A stretch of DNA of 32,000 bases, from positions 630,001 to 662,000 of the forward strand of contig CP006915.1 in assembly GCA_000503915.1 (NCBI GenBank), in the 5' to 3' direction. The notes beneath the pieces are model-generated. The model ran no database searches. It was not told the DNA's origin and saw nothing but the letters and a program-made list of their open reading frames with translations. Below are positions 16,774 through 23,405 of this stretch, in pieces. Position 1 is the stretch's first letter; the number at the start of each line of letters is the position of its first letter. Position numbers and translations under genes: made by a program. The stretch comes from Candidatus Saccharimonadota bacterium (GTDB lineage: Bacteria; Patescibacteriota; Saccharimonadia; Saccharimonadales; Saccharimonadaceae).

Positions 16774-17439
16774 CTACGCGACTAACGTACGGATCTCTGA
16801 TTGGATATCGTCAATTGCACGCATCTGGCCGTTTTCAGTGCAATCGATAGCGGTGAATTCGTCCGGATACAGGGTGCATAATTCTTCGTAGTTGGCCTTG
16901 GCGAGTTCTAAATGGTTTGCGTCGGCCTCGTGGATGTCACGTTTGAGCTCGGTATACGACCGAGCTTCTTTCTTATCAACATTCGCTTGCGCTAGATCAG
17001 CTGGTACGACTAGGACAATATTTTGGTCAGGGCGCGGAATGCCAAAAACTCCATATTCTGTTAGCATGATTCGCTCGTAGAATGCTTTTCGTTCGGCTGG
17101 GTCGCTCACTTTCGTGCCATGATGGGCAAGATTTGACGCGACATAGCGATTAGAGATGACGATAGCATTCGGCTTCTGTAAATGCTTAATAATCGCCTCT
17201 TTTGCGGCGAAACGATCGAGTGCAAATGGCAGCGCGCCGAGTTCTGCCGGCACGTCATTCGGACCACCATAGGCGCCGTTGAGGTAGCGCTCGACGTAGT
17301 AGGCTGAAGCTTCACCGTAACGCGGAAAATCAGCCTCGAGAACATCACTTCCCTGTTCCCGTAGGTAGCTAGCCAGTAGCTTTGACTGCGTGGCCTTGCC
17401 CGAGCCGTCACCACCTTCAATCGCGATAAAGCGCCCCAC
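16774..17439 (-). CDS. tmk: Thymidylate kinase
   Basis: P-loop FIAIEGGDGSGKATQ, a DRF/DRY-like motif (LDRFAAKEA) and a lid region. The GTG start shares one base with the dcd stop (TAGTG). Confidence 0.9.
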   Translation of the reverse strand: MGRFIAIEGGDGSGKATQSKLLASYLREQGSDVLEADFPRYGEASAYYVERYLNGAYGGPNDVPAELGALPFALDRFAAKEAIIKHLQKPNAIVISNRYVASNLAHHGTKVSDPAERKAFYERIMLTEYGVFGIPRPDQNIVLVVPADLAQANVDKKEARSYTELKRDIHEADANHLELAKANYEELCTLYPDEFTAIDCTENGQMRAIDDIQSEIRTLVA

Positions 17440-18161
17440 TATTTCATACCTTCCGACAAGCCTTTGATAGCAGGTGCTGGGATACGTTGATCTTTGAAGG
17501 CCCGAGGTAGCATCATTTCTGGCTTCCAGGTACGAATGAGTTCGTCAAGGTTATCGGTATGCTGATACTTCCCGCTCATACCACCCCGACCTTCGGCGTA
17601 ACCACCTTCGACCGGACCGGTGTGATGGAAGATTAGCTGACCGACCCGCTCGCCGACAGGCAAGACTACACTTTCGTGCATATTGAGATTATAGATTTCA
17701 AGTGTAATGCGATTGATGTAGCCCGGGTCAACCCAGCCGGCGTCAAAGCAAACTGCCACGCCGTTGCGGCCCCAGCTGGAGCGCGACTTTACCTCACAAG
17801 CACCACCATGAGCACGGATACCGACGAACTCGTGCGTATGCCCGAGGATGCGCTCCCCTGGCTGCAAGACGATGATTGGGTGATCTGCAGGGATGTTTTC
17901 GAATAGTTTGACACCGTTTTTCTCGCACCATTCTTTGTGTGGCATCGCTTCGAGTGGACCCTTAAAGTAGCGAGCGACATCCGTTTCATCGAATGGATTG
18001 TAAACGCCGGCGGCCTCTGGCTGGTACTCTTGCTTATAAAAATAATGTCCGAGTGTAAAATCGAGACTAGCTTCAGAAATGTGCTTATCGTTGAATGGCA
18101 CACAAACGATCGTACCCTCATCGACGGCCGCTCGGATTTCGGTGTTGCTGTATACTCCCAT
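17439..18161 (-). CDS. dcd: dCTP deaminase family protein (long form, 240 aa)
   Basis: SLDFTLG, LQPGERILGHTHEFVG, KSRSSWGRNGV, DAGWVDPGYINRITLEIYN and GERVGQLIFH match the Dcd/dUTPase-fold motifs. Confidence 0.85.
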   Translation of the reverse strand: MGVYSNTEIRAAVDEGTIVCVPFNDKHISEASLDFTLGHYFYKQEYQPEAAGVYNPFDETDVARYFKGPLEAMPHKEWCEKNGVKLFENIPADHPIIVLQPGERILGHTHEFVGIRAHGGACEVKSRSSWGRNGVAVCFDAGWVDPGYINRITLEIYNLNMHESVVLPVGERVGQLIFHHTGPVEGGYAEGRGGMSGKYQHTDNLDELIRTWKPEMMLPRAFKDQRIPAPAIKGLSEGMK

Positions 18162-18196
18162 AAACTTTCCTCATTGTACCATGCTAAAATAAGGGC

Positions 18197-18688
18197 ATGA
18201 AAGCAATTGTTGTCGCGATGGATAAAAACAACGGCATAGGGGCTGAGAATGATCTGCTCTGGTTGCGTGATCTTCCGGCTGACTTGGCGCATTTTAAAAA
18301 ACTGACAATCGGCGGCAGTGTCATCATGGGCAGCAATACGTTCAAGTCGATCGGGCGGCCGCTCACGGATCGAGAAAATATTGTCGTTTCACGTACGCCG
18401 ACTGGTGTCGAAGGTGTGTTAACGGCGAACAGCCTGGCCTCTGCCTATGAACTGGCTCGCTATCCTGTCTTTGTGATCGGTGGTGGCCAGATCTATGCCC
18501 AGGCAATCGATGACGTGGATCGGCTCTACGTCACATACGTCGATGCCGAATTCCCGCAGGCGACGGTCTTTTTCCCACAGATAAGTTGTGACGACTGGCA
18601 GGAAATCGAGCGCGATCATCATGAGGCGGATGAAAAGAATAAGTATTCATATGACTTTGTAAAATACGAGAGAATACAAGGTGTCTAA
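18197..18688 (+). CDS. folA: Dihydrofolate reductase
   Basis: IVVAMDKNNGIGAENDLLWLRDLPADLAHFKKLTIGGSVIMGSNTFKSIGRPLTDRENIVVSR...VIGGGQIYAQAI. Confidence 0.9.
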   Translation: MKAIVVAMDKNNGIGAENDLLWLRDLPADLAHFKKLTIGGSVIMGSNTFKSIGRPLTDRENIVVSRTPTGVEGVLTANSLASAYELARYPVFVIGGGQIYAQAIDDVDRLYVTYVDAEFPQATVFFPQISCDDWQEIERDHHEADEKNKYSYDFVKYERIQGV

Positions 18689-19382
18689 AAAAGTAGTCAT
18701 CGTCGGCTCATTTAGGAAAAATCCTAAGAAACTTAAGGCAATTCATCAAAAGCTAGGAAAGCTCTATGAAGTCCTATCGCCTGACGATATAGAGTTCATA
18801 AATCCTGCTGATGATTTTGTTCGTACACAACAAGAGGTAGATTTAGATGTGAATACCATCGAGGAGAATCACTTAGATGCCATTCGGCGGGCATCCTTTG
18901 TGTGGCTCTTTGCACCAGATGGTTATGTGGGAACGAGTGCTGCTTTTGAAGTCGGGTTTGCCCACGCGCTGGGGGTACCTATTTATACTGATAGCGTCTT
19001 GAATGACGAAATGCTTCAAAGTATAGTTACCGACACTGTAGAAGTGGAGAGTGTTCCTTCTATTGTACATCGGCCAGGCAATGGTATCGCAGCTTTGCAG
19101 GAATATTACAAACGTGCTGCAGACGAGCGCGGCTGGGCGAATGAATCCGCCCGAGATACGATGCTGCTTTTAACTGAAGAAATCGGTGAGCTTGCTCGCG
19201 CCATCAGAAAGACGACCAATCTAAAGCGTGATGAGGGTTATGGCGACATCTCTTTGATGGATGAACTCGCCGATGTTCAACTGTACCTGGTCCATTTAGC
19301 AAACGGGCTTAACGTCAGCTTAGCAGAGTCAGTGAGCCAAAAAGAAAGGAAGAACGACGTTCGCCACAAAACATCAAAATAG
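18681..19382 (+). CDS. Two-domain fusion: nucleoside 2-deoxyribosyltransferase/DNPH1-like N-terminus plus MazG-type NTP pyrophosphohydrolase C-terminus
   Basis: N-terminus: KVVIVGSF...DAIRRASFVWLFAPDGYVGTSAAFEVGFAHALGVPIY, the NDT-like D..GT..E.G.A..LG.P signature with the Glu retained. C-terminus: LLLTEEIGELARAIRK...MDELADVQLYLVHLANGL, the MazG EExxE and ExxD helices. The GTG start overlaps the folA stop by 8 nt. Confidence 0.65.
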   Translation: MSKKVVIVGSFRKNPKKLKAIHQKLGKLYEVLSPDDIEFINPADDFVRTQQEVDLDVNTIEENHLDAIRRASFVWLFAPDGYVGTSAAFEVGFAHALGVPIYTDSVLNDEMLQSIVTDTVEVESVPSIVHRPGNGIAALQEYYKRAADERGWANESARDTMLLLTEEIGELARAIRKTTNLKRDEGYGDISLMDELADVQLYLVHLANGLNVSLAESVSQKERKNDVRHKTSK

Positions 19383-19390
19383 ATGTTGTA

Positions 19391-20311
19391 TTACACTGCA
19401 ATCGGCGCTTTTATGGCCGGATCGGGATAGTAATTTTCGAGGCGGATGTCGTCGAACGTGAAAACGTCGATATTTTTGACATCCGGATTGAGCCAGAGTG
19501 TCGGCAGTTCTTTTGGCGTACGCGCAAGCTGTTCATTCACTTGCTCGAAATGATTACTGTAAATATGAGTATCGGCAAGGGTATGCACGAACTCCCCCGC
19601 TTCAAGTCCGGTTACCTGCGCGACCATTGCGAGCAGCAACGAATACGAAGCGATATTAAACGGTACGCCGAGGAAGGTATCAGCACTGCGCTGATAGAGA
19701 TGGAGGCTAAGCTTGCCGTCAGCTACATAAAATTGGAATAAGCTATGGCACGGTGGCAGACCACCGATGCGAACGATTTCGTCGATCTCACCAGGGTTCC
19801 AGGCGGTGACGATCATGCGGCGAGAGTCCGGCGATTTTTTGATCATTTCGATCACGTTGGCGATCTGATCGATTTCGCCGCCTCTGCCATCCGGCCAGTG
19901 GCGCCACTGCACGCCGTAGACAGGTCCGAGATCGCCCCATTTCGTGGCAAAGTCGTGATCGGTAGCAACCTTCCCGATAAATACTTTCATCTGCGCTTTC
20001 CACTCGTCGGAATTTACCTCGGGGATCGGTAGGTTATTTTTCTCCAAGTAGGCTTTGAACGGCCACTCATCCCAGATATGAACGTTATTTTGTGCTAGGT
20101 ACTCGATATTTCCAGTGCCCTTTAAAAACCAAAGTAATTCATGAACCACGGAATTAAAATAGAGCTTCTTGGTGGTGACGGCCGGAAAACCATCGGCTAA
20201 ATCGTAGCGAACTTGCCTGCCAAAGACGCTTTTTGTCCCGGTGCCGGTACGGTCGCTTTTAATCACGCCATTTTCTTTGATATCTCGTAATAGATCAAGA
20301 TACTGCCGCAT
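19391..20311 (-). CDS. thyA: Thymidylate synthase (ThyA; long form with an insertion after residue ~85)
   Basis: [20 protein letters not shown], the catalytic [28 protein letters not shown] and [15 protein letters not shown] (20324-20319) lies 7 nt upstream of the ATG. Confidence 0.95.
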   Translation of the reverse strand: MRQYLDLLRDIKENGVIKSDRTGTGTKSVFGRQVRYDLADGFPAVTTKKLYFNSVVHELLWFLKGTGNIEYLAQNNVHIWDEWPFKAYLEKNNLPIPEVNSDEWKAQMKVFIGKVATDHDFATKWGDLGPVYGVQWRHWPDGRGGEIDQIANVIEMIKKSPDSRRMIVTAWNPGEIDEIVRIGGLPPCHSLFQFYVADGKLSLHLYQRSADTFLGVPFNIASYSLLLAMVAQVTGLEAGEFVHTLADTHIYSNHFEQVNEQLARTPKELPTLWLNPDVKNIDVFTFDDIRLENYYPDPAIKAPIAV

Positions 20312-20346
20312 TCGTTCCCCTCCTGGTATTTGTACTTATTATGGCA

Positions 20347-20381
20347 CAAAATAATAAAAAATGCTTGCCGAATGCAACCAT
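20347..20381 (-). terminator. Intrinsic-terminator-like hairpin plus U-tract
   Basis: Minus strand AUG-G-UUGC[AUUCG]GCAA-G-CAU, followed by UUUUUUAUUAUUUU. It sits immediately upstream of an extended -10 box TGcCATAAT (20346-20338) for thyA. Confidence 0.35.
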
Positions 20382-20401
20382 AAGGATTACGATAATGGTA
20401 G

Positions 20402-20554
20402 CCGGGGAGGCAGTGAAGTCGCGTGTAGCCGCGTCGCTAGCGAAAGGTCTTGTGTTTTGCTGGTCTACCAAGAATCGCTGCCTCCCAGGTACAAGGGTCC
20501 CCGACCGGCCATCCTCGCTCAGTATGAGTAAGCGAGAGGCCGGTACGGGGACCC
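20402..20554 (-). ncRNA. Candidate structured RNA, or structured rplA 3' UTR (two long hairpins); family unknown, strand inferred from the downstream terminator
   Basis: Hairpin 1 (20495-20554) has 21 bp in three blocks: GGGTCCCCG/CGGGGACCC, CCGGCC/GGCCGG and CTCGCT/AGCGAG. Hairpin 2 (20402-20489) is closed by 11 bp (GGGAGGCAG/CTGCCTCCC plus CC/GG) and has internal sub-hairpins. Confidence 0.3.
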
Positions 20555-20570
20555 GTATCACGTACCTAAC

Positions 20571-21545
20571 TTAGCTAACGACGTTTTCAGTCTTGATACC
20601 AGGACCCATCGTCGTGGTAATGCTCGTCGATTTGACGTAGGCAGACTTTAGACTCGATGGCTTCTGTGAAGCCAGGCTGTCAAAGAATGCGCGGGCGTTT
20701 TGCTCGAGTTTGGCAGCGCCAAAGCTGACTTTACCAACGCTGAGGTGAACGATGGCTTGTTTGTCGACGCGGTATTCAACTTTGCCGGTCTTGGCTTCGG
20801 TGACAGCACGAGCGACGTCAGTGGCAACGGTGCCAGCCTTTGGATTTGGCATCAAACCGCGTGGGCCAAGCAGACGGGCATACTTACCAAGACGAGGCAT
20901 GTACTGCGGGGTCGCAATCAGGACGTCAAAGTTCAGCTCTTCTTTGTCAAGGGATTTCAGGAAGTCTTCGTCACCGACGATGTCAGCGCCGACCTTCTTG
21001 GCAGCGGCATGATCGCCTTCCGGAGCAAAGACGGCCACACGAATCGTCTTACCGGTACCATTTGGTAGGCTGACGGTGGCGCGGATATTCTGGTCAGCTT
21101 GGCGTGGGTCGACTCCAAGGCGAACGTGGATTTCGACTGACGCATCAAACTTCACTGGGTTGGTTTTTACAGCAAGTTCGAGGGCTTCAGCGAGTGGATA
21201 TACCTTGCCTGCTTCGAGCTGCTCGGCAACTTTGCGATAGTTCTTGCCGCGGCGCTCAAGGCGTGAACGGATTTTTGGCGCTGGGCCTTTTTTGACGTGA
21301 GTCTCGGCTTCGTCACTCTTTGGTGTCGTGTCGCCAGCTTCTTTACGGGCATCTTTCTCGGCCTTCTCGTCAGCCTCTTTCAGAGCTTTTTCTGAGCGTT
21401 TGCCAGCTTTCGCTGGAGCTGCTTCTCGCACCTCGTGCTTCTCAGCACTAGCAATCGCTGCTTCGATCTCAGCGATGGTGTTTTTTTCTGAAACCTCGAG
21501 TTTCAGTTCGGCTGCTTTTTCAAGCAGGTCTGCTTTTTTAGCCAT
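20571..21545 (-). CDS. rplA: 50S ribosomal protein L1 with a ~90-aa N-terminal extension
   Basis: The core, [66 protein letters not shown]...[30 protein letters not shown], is canonical L1. Start taken at the ATG at 21545 ([10 protein letters not shown]...). The track ORF extends to 21650 through a structured leader. Confidence 0.9.
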   Translation of the reverse strand: MAKKADLLEKAAELKLEVSEKNTIAEIEAAIASAEKHEVREAAPAKAGKRSEKALKEADEKAEKDARKEAGDTTPKSDEAETHVKKGPAPKIRSRLERRGKNYRKVAEQLEAGKVYPLAEALELAVKTNPVKFDASVEIHVRLGVDPRQADQNIRATVSLPNGTGKTIRVAVFAPEGDHAAAKKVGADIVGDEDFLKSLDKEELNFDVLIATPQYMPRLGKYARLLGPRGLMPNPKAGTVATDVARAVTEAKTGKVEYRVDKQAIVHLSVGKVSFGAAKLEQNARAFFDSLASQKPSSLKSAYVKSTSITTTMGPGIKTENVVS

Positions 21546-21571
21546 AAGACTAACCCTTTCTGTGGTACAAG

Positions 21572-21645
21572 CCCCGGTAGTGAGGTCTTCGAGAACTTCG
21601 TATGTCGTATAGGCGACAATCTCGAAAACTCTACTACCAGGTCCC
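21572..21645 (-). promoter_or_regulatory. Structured 5' leader of rplA (three-tier hairpin)
   Basis: On the minus strand, CCUGGUAGUAGAG pairs with CUCACUACCGGGG, UUCGAGA pairs with UCUCGAA, and UGUCG[CCUAUA]CGACA forms the tip. Confidence 0.4.
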
Positions 21646-21668
21646 AACATTGATTATTACTAAAGACG

Positions 21669-21697
21669 ATTATACCAGATGAAAGGAGCTACGTAAA
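21669..21697 (-). promoter_or_regulatory. Dedicated rplA promoter
   Basis: Minus strand TTTACG (21697-21692), 17-nt spacer, TGgTATAAT (TATAAT at 21674-21669). It begins 5 nt after the stop of the upstream membrane protein gene. Confidence 0.45.
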
Positions 21698-21702
21698 GCA
21701 AC

Positions 21703-22746
21703 CTAGAAGTTTGGATCTTCAGTCTTGAGAGCCTGCAGTGAACTGATGATCGACGCGCCGACTACGAGTAGACCAGCTGCTCCTGCGGCTGCTTCGGGGA
21801 TGCTGATAAATAGGCCGCTGAGAAGAAATAGTGCGAGCAAAGCGATTGTATAGTGGGCGCCGTGTTCCAAGTAACGGTACACCTTTAAGGTATTACGCCG
21901 TACCATCATGAGCGTCAGGCTACGCACCCAGAGGGCGCCGATACCAAGGCCAGTCACGATCAAAAAGACATCCTGTGTTATGGCGAAAGCACCGATAACG
22001 CCATCGAAACTAAAGCTACTATCAAGCACCTGCAGATAGAGGAACGCCATAAATCCAGCAAAGCCCGACTTCGCCGTGACACGACGGTCGCTTTGTTTGC
22101 GGCCGAACAGTTCGGTGATACTATGCAACGCCAGGTAAACTACGATGCCGAGGCTACCGGCAACGATGGCCTGCTGAGGGTAATGGTTGTACGGTGATAT
22201 AGCTACAGCGGCCAACGTCAGTGCGGAAATGCTGGTATAAATCCACCATTTTCCGATCCGTTGCAGCGGTCGCTCGATTACATTGATCCACAGGACTTTG
22301 CGCCCCGGATCGAAGAAAAACGACAGGCTCAACATGAGGAGAAACATACCGCCAAATGCTGCGATGTATGGATGAGCGTGTGTTAGAGTACGGGCGTATT
22401 CATCCGGTTGGTTGATCGCTAGATCAAGGACGGCCGGAGCGCTCAGTCCTGCCGTCAACATTACAAGCAAGATGGGAAATAAGAATCGAACGACAAAAAC
22501 GGCAATCACAATACCGACCGTCATGAACATTTGTTGCCAAAACCGGCTCATCGTCGCCAGAATTCGGGCATTGATGATAGCGTTGTCGAAGCTGAATATC
22601 AGTTCGATAAGGATCAGTACGGATACGAGGAATAGCGCATCGAGTCCTCGCCCAAAGCCGACCCAGGCTAGTGCAGCCAGCGTCAGTAGGCCGCTGATAA
22701 AAAATATACGGAGCGGATGAGATGGCGCGAGAGCGGCTTTTGACAT
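21703..22746 (-). CDS. TerC/DUF475-type integral membrane protein
   Basis: About 9 TM segments. The hallmark ELIFSFDNAIINARIL motif in the second TM region is repeated loosely as LQVLDSSFSFDGVIGAFAIT. Confidence 0.55.
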   Translation of the reverse strand: MSKAALAPSHPLRIFFISGLLTLAALAWVGFGRGLDALFLVSVLILIELIFSFDNAIINARILATMSRFWQQMFMTVGIVIAVFVVRFLFPILLVMLTAGLSAPAVLDLAINQPDEYARTLTHAHPYIAAFGGMFLLMLSLSFFFDPGRKVLWINVIERPLQRIGKWWIYTSISALTLAAVAISPYNHYPQQAIVAGSLGIVVYLALHSITELFGRKQSDRRVTAKSGFAGFMAFLYLQVLDSSFSFDGVIGAFAITQDVFLIVTGLGIGALWVRSLTLMMVRRNTLKVYRYLEHGAHYTIALLALFLLSGLFISIPEAAAGAAGLLVVGASIISSLQALKTEDPNF

Positions 22747-22813
22747 AGTCAGTACCTAGTATACGGAATTTTTCCTTCGAGCGACAGCCGATTCTGCTAC
22801 ACTTATAGACAGT

Positions 22814-23374
22814 ATGAAAATTCCGAGTACCTCGCTCCATCATCCGCTTCATTCGCGTCGCCGCTTGATCAGGATGCCATGGGGAACGCAGCGTTTCTTG
22901 GCGGCGTTTGAAGGTTTTGAGGGCGGCTTCGCAATCGGCGCCAGTGTCGTTGTGGCGCTTAGTTCTGCCGAACTTGAACGGCATGTCCTACTAACCACGG
23001 CCATACTGAGTATTATCGTCAATGGGTTCAATAGTGCCAGCGTCAAATATAGTAGCGAGCATTATCTCGATGAACTCGATGGCCGAGAAACGAAAAACAC
23101 TTTTCGGTATTACTTTGTGCCGGCGATGATTGAATTTTTGGCGTATTTCGCGATCAGTTTTGTATCCGTCGTGCCGCTTTTTACTATCACCGATACGTTT
23201 GTGGCGGTCGGGCTCAGTGTCGGTGTAACCCTAGTGCTACTATTTAGTGCCGGCTACTGGCGGGGTTTTATGTTACGGATTTCGCCGTTTCGTGATGCGC
23301 TCGAAACGATGCTCCTCGGCGCGGGCATTATCGCTCTTGGTGCTATCTCTGGCCTTGTGCTCCATTCGCTCTAA
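22814..23374 (+). CDS. Small membrane protein, VIT1/CCC1 (DUF125)-like
   Basis: FEGFEGGFAIGASVVVAL and the C-terminal LETMLLGAGIIALGAISGLVL resemble the first and last helices of VIT-family proteins. The call is weak and the true start is uncertain. Confidence 0.35.
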   Translation: MKIPSTSLHHPLHSRRRLIRMPWGTQRFLAAFEGFEGGFAIGASVVVALSSAELERHVLLTTAILSIIVNGFNSASVKYSSEHYLDELDGRETKNTFRYYFVPAMIEFLAYFAISFVSVVPLFTITDTFVAVGLSVGVTLVLLFSAGYWRGFMLRISPFRDALETMLLGAGIIALGAISGLVLHSL

Positions 23375-23405
23375 CGTTCACTTACGTATATAATAGAGAC
23401 TGCCT

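Noticed and set aside
19391-20311. Whether the thyA/dcd/MazG/kinase cluster is a phage-like DNA-hypermodification module, with a ThyA homologue acting as a dCMP or dUMP hydroxymethylase.
   Set aside because: ThyA keeps the canonical dUMP-specific residues (Asn in [12 protein letters not shown] cysteine, [11 protein letters not shown]) and is paired with folA. No glycosyltransferase, amidotransferase or phage genes are adjacent. Ordinary thymidylate synthesis is the simpler reading.
20312-20570. Partial resemblances of the rplA-thyA intergenic RNA to known families. ACCCGUAUCAC and CUGAG...ACCC..ACCUG strings recall the TPP riboswitch. CCCUUGUACCUG recalls the Bacillus SRP Alu domain. GCUAGCGACGCGG recalls the THF riboswitch. 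Track ORFs 20295-20561 (-) and 20341-20574 (+) also fall here.
   Set aside because: The key signature elements are absent: the SRP GGAA/AGCA domain IV, the TPP P4-P5 hairpin and closing helix, and the THF pseudoknot partners. The matches fall on different strands. The two ORFs have no SD and implausible composition, and they run through long hairpins. I report the region only as an unassigned structured element.
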